Made by a program: the position numbers and the translations under genes. A DNA stretch of 64,000 nucleotides from a virus (lineage: Duplodnaviria > Heunggongvirae > Uroviricota > Caudoviricetes): the IMG/VR virus record IMGVR_UViG_3300021255_000114, positions 64,001 to 128,000 of that record; one strand, written 5' to 3'. Under the pieces are notes generated by a model. The model made no database searches, was not told where the DNA came from, and saw only the letters and a program-made list of their open reading frames with translations. Shown here in pieces: positions 40,350-50,374 of this stretch (position 1 is the stretch's first letter; each line of letters starts with the position of its first letter).

Positions 40350-42848
40350 ATGGATTGTTCATGGATTAAAATATATGATGCCCCCATAAACGGAAAACTT
40401 TTAGACCCTAATACTTTATATAGTAATGAGATAATATATGTGGATATTAGTAAATTGCCTGAAGAATATGAATTCATTGCATGGAAAGATTTGCAAGGAA
40501 ACATTCTTGACGATAGCATTATTGAAAAAGTGGACGATGGGTGGTATAAAACAAGTGTTTCATGTGGTGGTGGATTTGTTGCTTATGTGAAAACAAAAGA
40601 AGAGAAAATTTGTTTAGTCGTTGTGGAGTGTGACACAAATAGAGGGATTGTCCAACGTGGAGAAAAATACAACATGTGTAATGAAACCACTACAATAACG
40701 GCTATACCTAAATGCTGTTACGAATTTGAAAAATGGAGTGATGCGGATCCTGTTGAAAATTTGAAACCTGAGAGAAATATAACGGTATTGCAAGGGGTTA
40801 ACACATATACAGCAACATTCATCGAGAAACAGTTTCCTATCTCCGTTTCAGTGAACGACGATACTTTAGGCACGGCAACAATATCACCTAACACAGTTAA
40901 ATGTGGGGAGTCTTTTACATTGACTGCCACTCCATCAAATAATTGCGTATTCGATAGTTGGAAACCCGGTGGATATACAGAATCCACCTTGACCATTGAA
41001 TACAAATGCAATGACCCACGCAGCTATGTAGCATACTTTAGCAAAATTCCACGATATACCATCACATACCATTACAATTCCCCTGACGGTCAGGATATCA
41101 AAATTGTTGATGAATTCTATAAGAATGATGAATTTGTCTATAGAACAATAAGTGACTCCAATTATATTTTCTGTGGATGGTCGTTTGATCCAGAACTTCA
41201 GATATGTCCTGAAGACGAAGGTTGTGACTGTGTTGAGATTAAACCTAATACACCAGGAACATTCGATTATCCTGATAGTATTGACCTCTATGGAGTATGG
41301 AAGGCAAAAATTGAATATACGTTACGTTATTTTGGAACACCCATAGAACCCGATGCCCCATGGGGTGAAGAGTATTCCGTTGAATCATATGAAGGGGATT
41401 TAGTGACTTTAATGAGACCTAATGCACAGGAAGGCTATGATTTCAAAGGTTGGATTGTAGTGAATAAAGATGAAGAACCCGATCGAACCAAACAAGCCAT
41501 CACCGGTCAAATTCCTATGAAAGAAGGTGGTTTGGATGCATATTCGGTATGGACCAATGATACCACATACACCCTAGAATATTTCATCAACGATGGTATC
41601 GGAACAGTTGTATATATTAACAATATTACACAAGGGCAAGAACTGAAAGTAAAATCACCAAATGAACTAGGATTCAATTTTACATGCATCATATTCGAAG
41701 CATGGACAGGAAGTGATGGGAATCGGTATACACCCGGCGATGCAATTACCATCACGCAAAAACGTACAACTTTAAGTGCGAATTGGATTGAGGATAAGGT
41801 TAGGCTTGATTATGACACGTCAAGTGCTGATTCGGGTGTGGTAGCATCAGTTACAGAATGTAAAGGAAGTGAGGTCATTTTAAACGATGGTCGTGATATT
41901 TCTAAAACAGGATATACTTTTGGCGGATGGTCGACATTTGGCGGTACTCCATTAAACTCCCCCATTACCCTCAATTCAAATTTGATTGTTTATCCTATAT
42001 GGAATAAAATACCTGAATACACGGTAAAATATATCACCAATACATGTGACCCGATTTCAGACACAGAAAAATACGAAAAAGGAGGCACCGTTATGGTTCA
42101 GGAATGCAAGTGTACATCCGAAACAGGCTGCAATTGCATTGGTTGGATAGACCAAAATGGTGAGAAACACTTAAACAGCACTTCATTCACCATAACACAG
42201 AATATGGTTCTCACTGAATATTTCGGTTGCTGTGTAACATTCCTTACAAACGAAGAGACCGCTGTCTTAACAATAAAGGGAGAAACAATTGAATGGGGTA
42301 AAAGTGCCAACATTGATGATGATTTCGTTTTTGATGTGACGGTTGAAGAAGGCTGTTGTTTTGAAGGCTGGTTTGATGTTGATAGTGGGTTATTTATATA
42401 CCCATGTGCAGATGAAACTATTTCTGGTTATACTTACAAACTCATTCCGGGTGCCTACGTAAAATTTATCAACAATGACAATGTAAAATTCTTCAACGAT
42501 ACTGGCTTCATCACACAGATTAATGAACGACATGAGACTTATAACGATAAACCAATCATCTGTAACAGGGATACAGGTGAATATCGTCAAGTCATACCGA
42601 ATTGTGAAAACGAAGCATACTCACTGCCATGCGGTAGAACTGTTGTGGCAGTTATCAATTGCGGCATGTTTCAGGAAACCATTGAACCCGGTCCTGATTA
42701 TCACACATATGAAGGAAATTTCGACACCTTATATGATTTTCTGAACGAAAGGGAGGGTGAGGAAGAATTCTTTGAACACAATCTCGTTAGAATAAAAGGT
42801 GTACCACGATACTTTGATTATAGTAAGTGTAATAACGAACAGAATTAA
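40350..42848 (+). CDS. Cys-rich adhesin with Listeria-Bacteroides (Flg_new / InlB-B) repeats
   Basis: Repeated Y.I.Y...GY.F.GW...LY..W units. Start moved to the ATG at 40350. Confidence 0.75.
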   Translation: MDCSWIKIYDAPINGKLLDPNTLYSNEIIYVDISKLPEEYEFIAWKDLQGNILDDSIIEKVDDGWYKTSVSCGGGFVAYVKTKEEKICLVVVECDTNRGIVQRGEKYNMCNETTTITAIPKCCYEFEKWSDADPVENLKPERNITVLQGVNTYTATFIEKQFPISVSVNDDTLGTATISPNTVKCGESFTLTATPSNNCVFDSWKPGGYTESTLTIEYKCNDPRSYVAYFSKIPRYTITYHYNSPDGQDIKIVDEFYKNDEFVYRTISDSNYIFCGWSFDPELQICPEDEGCDCVEIKPNTPGTFDYPDSIDLYGVWKAKIEYTLRYFGTPIEPDAPWGEEYSVESYEGDLVTLMRPNAQEGYDFKGWIVVNKDEEPDRTKQAITGQIPMKEGGLDAYSVWTNDTTYTLEYFINDGIGTVVYINNITQGQELKVKSPNELGFNFTCIIFEAWTGSDGNRYTPGDAITITQKRTTLSANWIEDKVRLDYDTSSADSGVVASVTECKGSEVILNDGRDISKTGYTFGGWSTFGGTPLNSPITLNSNLIVYPIWNKIPEYTVKYITNTCDPISDTEKYEKGGTVMVQECKCTSETGCNCIGWIDQNGEKHLNSTSFTITQNMVLTEYFGCCVTFLTNEETAVLTIKGETIEWGKSANIDDDFVFDVTVEEGCCFEGWFDVDSGLFIYPCADETISGYTYKLIPGAYVKFINNDNVKFFNDTGFITQINERHETYNDKPIICNRDTGEYRQVIPNCENEAYSLPCGRTVVAVINCGMFQETIEPGPDYHTYEGNFDTLYDFLNEREGEEEFFEHNLVRIKGVPRYFDYSKCNNEQN

Positions 42849-43831
42849 TGACACATACAATACAATATATTATTGAAACTGATGACGATGTAAGGCTTGA
42901 ATATATCGAGTCCCCGTATGTTCCCTATTTTCAACCGGAATGGATTGAGGGGGTTAATGATCTCAATAGTATAGATGATGCCGACCCCAATAATATCGAC
43001 ACGCCATATCTTATAAGGGTAAGCAGCAGTAGTGGTTATGCATATTATACAAAAACACTCCGTCTATCGTGGAATACAGTTAATTTTAGGATTTTAATTC
43101 TAATTGACGGGGCTGAAGGGAGTAACAGTTTCGTTTATGAAGGTTATAATTCTTTCGTAAAAACAAAAAGGGTTGGTTCTGAAATATATGCCACTGTTCA
43201 GAAAAATAAACACTCGGAAAGCCGTGAAGCCATTATAAATATAAGTTATTCTTCAGACGACACTATTAATACTACATTAAGAATATTGCAAGAACCGTGT
43301 GATATTCAATTAAAAATACTTACGTGTGAAATCAATAATGGAAATGATACTGTGGAGTATGCAGTTGCATCTGATACATTCGAATATGAATTTGACACAT
43401 TAACTGACAAATCCGACATACAAAAACAAAGCCTTAGGTTTACAATGGATGTTCATGGTATAACAAAACGTTTTTTTGTGAAAAGCATAAGGGAATATGT
43501 GGATGTTGGTGAGATTGATGAAACATACAAATACATCAACGGCAAATACTACAGAAGACAGCAGAGATATAGTGACGGTGATTTTGTAACCTATTACGCT
43601 GAAGCGGTGGTAATAGATAATATAGGTTACCAGATGAAGAATTACGATAAAGCGTTCCACATTGAAACTCCCGACAATGCTACGCTCATACTCACCAATT
43701 ACGGCAGAGTCTTCCTCGAGAATAATGCATTCTACATTCTCACACTTGCGAACTATGATGATATCAATACAACATGTCAGATAAAAATAAAATATGCCAA
43801 TAACCCGAGTAATTACTTATCAATCACATGA
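42848..43831 (+). CDS. Putative tail-associated protein with BACON-like domain
   Basis: ATVQKNKHSESREAIINI...LRILQ matches the BACON N...R...Q pattern. Confidence 0.6.
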   Translation: MTHTIQYIIETDDDVRLEYIESPYVPYFQPEWIEGVNDLNSIDDADPNNIDTPYLIRVSSSSGYAYYTKTLRLSWNTVNFRILILIDGAEGSNSFVYEGYNSFVKTKRVGSEIYATVQKNKHSESREAIINISYSSDDTINTTLRILQEPCDIQLKILTCEINNGNDTVEYAVASDTFEYEFDTLTDKSDIQKQSLRFTMDVHGITKRFFVKSIREYVDVGEIDETYKYINGKYYRRQQRYSDGDFVTYYAEAVVIDNIGYQMKNYDKAFHIETPDNATLILTNYGRVFLENNAFYILTLANYDDINTTCQIKIKYANNPSNYLSIT

Positions 43832-44745
43832 AATCCGTAAATTTTAAATATTTTGGTGGCAGCGAAAAGGTTTCAATGGCGACAACAGCATCCAACGTTT
43901 CTTATACAATTATACATCCAGAACATTGTGATTGGCTTAAATATTCTATAGCTACCACATCACTAACAATTACAGTCGAAAAAAACATATCCTACATAAA
44001 GAGAAAATGCAGATTGACTGTTATTGACAGCAACAATAATTCTGATTATATAGACATATCTCAAGACGGATACACTAACCTTCTCATAGATTTATCGGCT
44101 TATGTGGTTATACCATATACCTACTATAGCCACAGTGAAACGTATGACTTGCCAATCAGGGTATATGGTGGCAGTGGGGAATTCATAACTGACGTTGAAA
44201 TATCGAACAAAATAGAACGGGTGTTCGACGACAGTAGTCTATACAATGACTATATTTTCCATATCAGCAAAGAAACAAACGGAACATTTACATTTAGGCA
44301 TGCGGACATGAATGAATACATAGACTATTGCAAACAGAATAATATGCCATATGACGGTACAAAATTATTAAAGCGGATTGTTGTAAGGAATGTATCAAAA
44401 GAGGTGATGGATGGCTACACACAGTTTTCTTATCTCGGGCAAGAATACATCAATACCCTTCCACCAACCATTACAATAAGTCATAGCATACCGAGCACCA
44501 TAACCGTAGATTATAGTTGCTTTTTTACAAAAGACATGAATTTTATCGAAGTAACAGATTTTCTTGTGGACGCCCCCAAGGATTGGGTTAAGGCATTTTA
44601 CGACAATATAAATAAAAAAATCTATCTGAAAGCCACTGCTAAAAATGCGCTAACAGATAGACGTGGTATGATTACCGTAAGAAACCCGTATAATCCGAGA
44701 CAAACTTACTCAACAACCATTATACAAAAAACCTCAAAGGTTTAA
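43828..44745 (+). CDS. BACON-domain protein (two domains)
   Basis: DWL...LTITVEKN...R...ISQ and DWV...KN...RRGMITV...IIQ. Confidence 0.7.
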   Translation: MKSVNFKYFGGSEKVSMATTASNVSYTIIHPEHCDWLKYSIATTSLTITVEKNISYIKRKCRLTVIDSNNNSDYIDISQDGYTNLLIDLSAYVVIPYTYYSHSETYDLPIRVYGGSGEFITDVEISNKIERVFDDSSLYNDYIFHISKETNGTFTFRHADMNEYIDYCKQNNMPYDGTKLLKRIVVRNVSKEVMDGYTQFSYLGQEYINTLPPTITISHSIPSTITVDYSCFFTKDMNFIEVTDFLVDAPKDWVKAFYDNINKKIYLKATAKNALTDRRGMITVRNPYNPRQTYSTTIIQKTSKV

Positions 44746-45564
44746 CAACCGTTCAACATCATTGGCAACATCCTCGTAACTCTCAACGGTGAATTTGTAC
44801 ATACGGTAGTCATTCTCAACTTCTTTGAATTCATATGTCATTTTATCCATATCCCAAAGTACGTAACCGTGGCCTGAAACATTTTCGCCAAGTTCTTTTT
44901 GGAAGACAGAACCGGAATATACAATCGGTACACCGTTTCTCCTCAATTCCTGCATCTTATGGATATGACCGGCCATAACACAATCACAATACATAAACAA
45001 ATCGGTATCAATACCAGATTCCCCATAATGCCCAATATCACTTACAGCGCCAACAATATCGCCGTGATACAGACCAACAATCTTTTTATCCGGATTATCG
45101 TTTCTTAGTTTCTCATCAATATTAGGTGATTTAAAATCATCAAACATAGAATAAAGAGCGAAAATGATATTGTCATCAATGACATACCCGCTTTTATAAT
45201 CAAGTACTTTATCCAGGTAGGTAACATTGGGATACACTTTATCAATGGAGAATGTAGTGCTGATAGAATCCAGTTTGGTTCTGTTATTTTGCAACATGTC
45301 GTGGTTTCCGGCAACAATATAGGTTGGACATATTTTGTTGAGATAGTTCAATAAATGGTGAAAACATTTCTTCGCCTCATTGCTTGCCTTAATCTTATTT
45401 TGATAGATGTCACCGACAATAACAATGCGTGTGCTATTTTTACCCGTTTCTTTCACTTCCTTGGCAATGGCCTTGATAAGGTTGTTCAATTTTTCTTCCA
45501 TGTGCATGTCAGAAACTGAATTAAAGATATGCACATCAGATAAGTGTATTATATTTTTAATCAT
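44734..45564 (-). CDS. Calcineurin-like metallophosphoesterase, SbcD/Mre11 (T4 gp47-like) nuclease
   Basis: HLSDVH, VGDIY, AGNHD, LYHG, AGHIH, YSGS motifs. Confidence 0.88.
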   Translation of the reverse strand: MIKNIIHLSDVHIFNSVSDMHMEEKLNNLIKAIAKEVKETGKNSTRIVIVGDIYQNKIKASNEAKKCFHHLLNYLNKICPTYIVAGNHDMLQNNRTKLDSISTTFSIDKVYPNVTYLDKVLDYKSGYVIDDNIIFALYSMFDDFKSPNIDEKLRNDNPDKKIVGLYHGDIVGAVSDIGHYGESGIDTDLFMYCDCVMAGHIHKMQELRRNGVPIVYSGSVFQKELGENVSGHGYVLWDMDKMTYEFKEVENDYRMYKFTVESYEDVANDVERLLNL

Positions 45565-45640
45565 TTTTGTATGTATTTTGATTTGCGGCAGCAATTCCCG
45601 TGTGTTTTAAACGAGGGACGGAAGCCGTCATTATTTTTGC

Positions 45641-45651
45641 CAAATATATTA
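45641..45651 (-). promoter_or_regulatory. Early-type promoter TAATATATTTG driving the SbcD-like gene
   Basis: The plus strand reads CAAATATATTA, the reverse complement of the recurrent motif. Confidence 0.6.
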
Positions 45652-45707
45652 CTTTTTTTTGAATTTTTACCATAGAGGACATATATTTTAATATAATTTT
45701 TACAAAA

Positions 45708-46520
45708 ATGATAAAGAAAAAAGAAGAAATAGTCGAACAGGATCCAAGGGTTGTCCTTGGTTTAGACGTTAGTACAGCAACAATCGGAATCAGTCTTGTT
45801 GTTATAGACGATAATGGTGATATAAAACCCGTGGAGGTAACACACCTTCGCCTCAACACACCAACCAAAATAAAGGGTGCAAAGGCACTCTTCATGAAGA
45901 ACGATATGTTTACGGAGAAATTGAAGGAATACGCCGACAAATACATCATCGATACGGTGGTGATTGAAGAACCGCTTGTTTCATCCAACAACACCAATAC
46001 AGTAAGCACACTTCTTAAATTCAACGGCATTGTATCATGGTCGGTTTACCACTCGCTTGGTGTCGTGCCCGAATACATTTCAAGTTACGATGCTCGTAAA
46101 TATGGCATGCCTCAGTTGATGGCTGTAAGAAAATATGATAAAAAAGGTAACGAATACCCATACAAGAAAGTAAAGAGTGCAATTAATAAGGATGAATTGG
46201 TCCTCTTTGGGGAGTATAGTTTTGATATTGCAAAAAAGTTTGTTATATGGAACTATATTTCAGAGCGTTTCCCTGACATTAATTGGATTGAGGACAAGAA
46301 GGGTGATTTAAAAAAAGAGAACTTTGACGCTAGTGATAGTCTTATTTGTATATTGGGCTATCTGAACAAGCGCCAATATGGGGAGAGTGAACCTAAGGTT
46401 GTTTGCTGTTCTGAAGAGGAGGTCGAACACAACGGAGAAAAATTCAAAATATTTGATTATGGGGTTGATTTCTGTGGACAAACATTTAGCAAACGGATTC
46501 AATTAACAATCAACGAATAA
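45708..46520 (+). CDS. RuvC-like Holliday junction resolvase
   Basis: VLGLDVSTATIG, VVIEEP, and DASDS catalytic acidic residues. Confidence 0.8.
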   Translation: MIKKKEEIVEQDPRVVLGLDVSTATIGISLVVIDDNGDIKPVEVTHLRLNTPTKIKGAKALFMKNDMFTEKLKEYADKYIIDTVVIEEPLVSSNNTNTVSTLLKFNGIVSWSVYHSLGVVPEYISSYDARKYGMPQLMAVRKYDKKGNEYPYKKVKSAINKDELVLFGEYSFDIAKKFVIWNYISERFPDINWIEDKKGDLKKENFDASDSLICILGYLNKRQYGESEPKVVCCSEEEVEHNGEKFKIFDYGVDFCGQTFSKRIQLTINE

Positions 46521-46525
46521 CGAAT

Positions 46526-46571
46526 AAGCCACATTTTAGTGGCTTTTTTTAATATTTTTATAGTATATTTG
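46526..46571 (+). terminator. Terminator hairpin followed by the early-type promoter TAGTATATTTG (46561-46571)
   Basis: AAGCCAC-atttta-GTGGCTT plus T run, then the promoter motif 7 nt before the primase ATG. Confidence 0.7.
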
Positions 46572-46578
46572 GTTCGAT

Positions 46579-47631
46579 ATGCAAATACAAGATGAAATAA
46601 AAGAATTGTTTGATACGGTATTGGGTGATCCGAGACGTGAATATGCGGGTAGTGGCGGTTGGTATGAATATGACTGTCCGAGTTGTGCGGAAGAGAATTG
46701 TGGAATACCCGACGGCAAGTATAATCTCGCCGTAAATTATGAACTTGGCTCGGAGAATGGCATGTTCATGCATTGTTGGAAGTGTGGTTTTGCAGGTACG
46801 CTTTCAAGACTAATGCGGACTTATGGTAATCCCGAACTTTACAGCAAGTACCGACGGTTAGTTAATGAATATAAAGAAGCACACATTTATGAAATACAGT
46901 CAGGTAAAATTGTCATCAGTGATGACATTATCGAAAAGGAGGAATTAAAGTTACCCGAAAAAACATCGTCTGTTTTTGACAACACACCTGATGGTAACAA
47001 GGCGTTGAACTATCTCCATAATAGAGGTGTTGATGATTTTATAATAAAGAAACATAATATTAAATACGTTGGGAATGATTGGGGAAACAAATATAGGAAT
47101 ATGATAATCATTCCATCGTATGATACTTTTGGCGAACTGAATTATTATTCCGGTCGTGATTTTACAGGTAAAGAGAAATACAATAAGCAAAACCCTGATA
47201 TTGAGAAAACCGAAATTGTATTTAATGAAGAACTTATCAATTGGTATGAACCCGTAACGATAGTGGAAGGACCGTTCGACCATATCGTAGTCCCGAACAG
47301 TCTCCCTTTGTTGGGAAAATCGCTTGATGACACATATTTGATTTATAAAACCCTTATGCAAAAAGCAAAACACGTAGTCAATATCATGATGGATTCTGAT
47401 GCCACGGCTACAGCACACAAGAATTACAACATACTTAACACCGGTGAACTGAGGGATAGAGTCAGGATTATTTACTGTCCCGACGGTTATGATCCGTCTG
47501 ACGTTTACAAGCATTTTGGCAAAAAAGGTATATTAAATCTATTGGCATCAGCAAGAAAACTTGATGATTTTACATTATCCAAGTTAAATATGAATGTAAA
47601 AAAACAATTGGGAAATTTCAAAAAGAAATAG
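46579..47631 (+). CDS. DNA primase (Zn-finger plus TOPRIM)
   Basis: CPSC...HCWKC, YL..RG, IIIP, GR, IVEGPFD, MDSD, DPSD. Confidence 0.9.
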   Translation: MQIQDEIKELFDTVLGDPRREYAGSGGWYEYDCPSCAEENCGIPDGKYNLAVNYELGSENGMFMHCWKCGFAGTLSRLMRTYGNPELYSKYRRLVNEYKEAHIYEIQSGKIVISDDIIEKEELKLPEKTSSVFDNTPDGNKALNYLHNRGVDDFIIKKHNIKYVGNDWGNKYRNMIIIPSYDTFGELNYYSGRDFTGKEKYNKQNPDIEKTEIVFNEELINWYEPVTIVEGPFDHIVVPNSLPLLGKSLDDTYLIYKTLMQKAKHVVNIMMDSDATATAHKNYNILNTGELRDRVRIIYCPDGYDPSDVYKHFGKKGILNLLASARKLDDFTLSKLNMNVKKQLGNFKKK

Positions 47632-47639
47632 TATATTTG
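47607..47639 (+). promoter_or_regulatory. Early-type promoter overlapping the primase TAG stop
   Basis: ATTG at 47607-47610, 21-nt spacer, TATATTTG at 47632-47639. Confidence 0.6.
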
Positions 47640-47645
47640 TGCCAA

Positions 47646-47957
47646 ATGGATTTCGAAATAAGAATAGACAAACGTCTTTATGAGGACATAGAACAGTACT
47701 GTCAAGTCAATGGCTTAGACATTGGGAAGTATTGCACAGATGTTTTAAGGAAACAATTAACGCTTGATAAGTATGGGGATTTAAATGAAAAATTCATCCC
47801 AAAAGAGAAACAAAGAGAAGATTATAAAACAAACATAATAGAGCCAAAACCCATCACAAAGCCCAAACCCAAGGAAATGCCTGAATCGGTAGTCGAGATA
47901 CCACAGGAACTGCCGAATGAAAATAAACGCAAACATAGAATAATTGAAACAAAGTAA
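47646..47957 (+). CDS. Small hypothetical protein with possible ribbon-helix-helix-like N-terminus
   Basis: FEIRIDKRLYEDIEQYCQVNGLDIGKYCTDVLRKQL has a strand-helix-helix pattern. Confidence 0.55.
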   Translation: MDFEIRIDKRLYEDIEQYCQVNGLDIGKYCTDVLRKQLTLDKYGDLNEKFIPKEKQREDYKTNIIEPKPITKPKPKEMPESVVEIPQELPNENKRKHRIIETK

Positions 47958-47959
47958 AT

Positions 47960-50374
47960 ATGGTACAAGGAATTAAGCCTACAGATAAGTTAGTATTTGA
48001 GGTTCGTATGCCTCAAATTGACCGCAATGATGAAAAACTCGAAACCCTGCGAGCAGAGATTTCAAAAAAATATAATGTTCCACTAAAGAACGTTTTAGTG
48101 AAATTTGAGCCTGTCCTAGTTGATAAGAACGGGAAACAGATTTCACTTGCGTCCGAAGTTATTGACAATATTCAAGATACAAATTTTTTCCTTGCACTAT
48201 GTGGTGATTACTTAAAAGAAAAGGGTATTGTTGATGTTGATTTCGAGGAAATTAAAAAAATAAACCAGAATGTTGAGCAGTATGTTGATTTTAATAGATA
48301 CGCAAAACATAAAAAATATCGGTTCAAATATGTTAAGTGGTCTAACTATTTGTCATATGGCCCCGACAACTATTTTGATTTCACGAATCTTCATGGTCTT
48401 GTACTTTTAAATAGTCACCCTGGTAATCAGGGCGGCAAAACAACCTTTGCCATCAATTTGCTTCGTTTTGCATTGTTCGGCAAATCCCCCAAATCCCCAA
48501 GCCTAAATGATGTCTTCAACATATATTTACCTGAAACGACCGAAGTTGTGGTAGAGGTTTGTCTTGAAATCGATGGGTGTGACTATGTAATCAAGCGTAC
48601 GGTTACTCGTCCCGCTTTAAAGAAACGTACGGATAAAAGCAAGCCAAAACAGAGCGTCCAATACTACAAAGTCGTCGGTGATGATTTTGAGGAAATTGAG
48701 AATTGTGAAGGTGAAACAACTCAAGAAACAAACAACATTATTAAAGAAACTATCGGTAATCCTGAAGATTTTGACCTGGTTATTTCCGCAACCAAAAAAA
48801 CTGTTGATGACCTTTTTGAAAAGGGTAAGACTGAACAGGGCAGACTCTTTTCTCGGTGGCTTGGACTCGTCACTGTTGAACAGAAGGAGGAAATAGCAAA
48901 GGATTTGTGGAAAAAAAATATTGTACCCACATTGCAGTCGAACAAATATAACCGTGGCACTCTTGAACTTGAGATTAAAGACTATCAAACTTGCAACAAG
49001 GAGAATGAGGCATCAATCGTTCAGGATAGTGCGAAACTTAACGAAACCAACGAGAAAATCCTTAAACTCAACGAGGAAAAGGTTGATGTCCTTAAAAACC
49101 GGAAAGAAATTAAAGAAGATCTCAAAAAACTCGATGTTGCAACAATCGAGAATTCAATCAGGGCAAAGAATAATGAACTTGAAATCAAGCGTGCTGATTT
49201 CAAAGAGAAAAAGGATGAATACAGCCAAATAAAGGATGCTGTATTTGATGAAGAGTTATATAAGCAAAAGAACTTAGATATCGAAAGAAAAACCAATGAA
49301 AAACAGCAACTGGAAGTTAAAAACGCCGAAATTCGCACTAAAATTGGTGCCATCAGGACTGAAATTGGACGTATTCAGAAACTTATAACAGAAGGTATTT
49401 GCCCGAATTGTAATCAAAAAATTGACATTTCGCAACAAAATGATGCAATCGAGAAGCACGAACTTGAGGTAGAACGTCTTAAAACAAACGGCATACTAAA
49501 TAAGAAAAAAATCACGTCGATTGAAGAAGACATAAAAGCCATCAAGGAAGAAGTGCAGAAACTTGAATCCGACAGGAATAAAGTTAACCAACTGCAACGT
49601 CTTAAGCCTACGCTTACAGCAATTAAGGCAAACATAGATACACTTAAACTTGAAATTGAAAAACTACAGAATCAGAAAGCCGAAATTGAGACAAACAAAG
49701 ACAACATTGCCTACAATAATGAAATTGACAATAAGATAAGAATACTTGATGTTTCAATAACAGAGCAAACAAAGATTAAGGATCAGCATATTCGTAACAT
49801 TGAGTCATACAATAATAATATCAAATTCAATGACAAATGCATCAAGGAGCGTGAAGATATGATAGAAATTCTCAAAGGAGAGGAGAAAACAATACGTAAT
49901 TGGGCAGTGTATCAGGAACTTGTTGGTAAAAACGGTGTTATTAAGGTTGTGCTGAAACGTGCGCTTCCCATTATCAATAATGAGATTAAGCGTACTCTTG
50001 ATGGAATATGTGATTTTGATATCGTACTTGAAGTCAATGACAAGAACGAAGTCGAAATCAATATGGTTAACGATGGGGTCAAAAAGCCTATCGAAGTCGG
50101 AGGTTCCGGTTTCGAAACAACTTTTGCGGCTCTTGCCGTAAGGAATGCTTTGGCAACGATATCTTCATTTGCCAAGCCGTCATGTCTTGTGTTAGATGAA
50201 TGCACATCTACCATCAATCCGGAGAATTACGATGTTCTTACCGAACTCTACAAAAGGATACTATCCAATTATGATTATATAATTGATATTTGTCATACAA
50301 GTGAACTCGATGAAATTCATGATATGGTTGTCACAGTAGTTAAAGAAGGGCACTTATCAAGGATAGAAATTTAA
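47960..50374 (+). CDS. SbcC/Rad50 (T4 gp46-like) ATPase with an extra ~115-aa N-terminal domain
   Basis: WSNYLSYG, GNQGGKTT Walker A, long coiled coil with CPNC Zn hook, SGFE signature, LVLDE Walker B, ICH. Confidence 0.9.
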   Translation: MVQGIKPTDKLVFEVRMPQIDRNDEKLETLRAEISKKYNVPLKNVLVKFEPVLVDKNGKQISLASEVIDNIQDTNFFLALCGDYLKEKGIVDVDFEEIKKINQNVEQYVDFNRYAKHKKYRFKYVKWSNYLSYGPDNYFDFTNLHGLVLLNSHPGNQGGKTTFAINLLRFALFGKSPKSPSLNDVFNIYLPETTEVVVEVCLEIDGCDYVIKRTVTRPALKKRTDKSKPKQSVQYYKVVGDDFEEIENCEGETTQETNNIIKETIGNPEDFDLVISATKKTVDDLFEKGKTEQGRLFSRWLGLVTVEQKEEIAKDLWKKNIVPTLQSNKYNRGTLELEIKDYQTCNKENEASIVQDSAKLNETNEKILKLNEEKVDVLKNRKEIKEDLKKLDVATIENSIRAKNNELEIKRADFKEKKDEYSQIKDAVFDEELYKQKNLDIERKTNEKQQLEVKNAEIRTKIGAIRTEIGRIQKLITEGICPNCNQKIDISQQNDAIEKHELEVERLKTNGILNKKKITSIEEDIKAIKEEVQKLESDRNKVNQLQRLKPTLTAIKANIDTLKLEIEKLQNQKAEIETNKDNIAYNNEIDNKIRILDVSITEQTKIKDQHIRNIESYNNNIKFNDKCIKEREDMIEILKGEEKTIRNWAVYQELVGKNGVIKVVLKRALPIINNEIKRTLDGICDFDIVLEVNDKNEVEINMVNDGVKKPIEVGGSGFETTFAALAVRNALATISSFAKPSCLVLDECTSTINPENYDVLTELYKRILSNYDYIIDICHTSELDEIHDMVVTVVKEGHLSRIEI

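Noticed and set aside
33887-44745. Diversity-generating retroelement acting on the adhesin genes
   Set aside because: There is no reverse transcriptase in the window, and no near-identical TR/VR pair differing at adenines was noticed.
45708-46520. RuvC-fold gene as the TnpB/Cas12f partner of the omegaRNA-like element
   Set aside because: The first RuvC motif is at the very N-terminus, with no REC/WED region and no Zn finger. Its place between SbcD and primase fits a Holliday junction resolvase.
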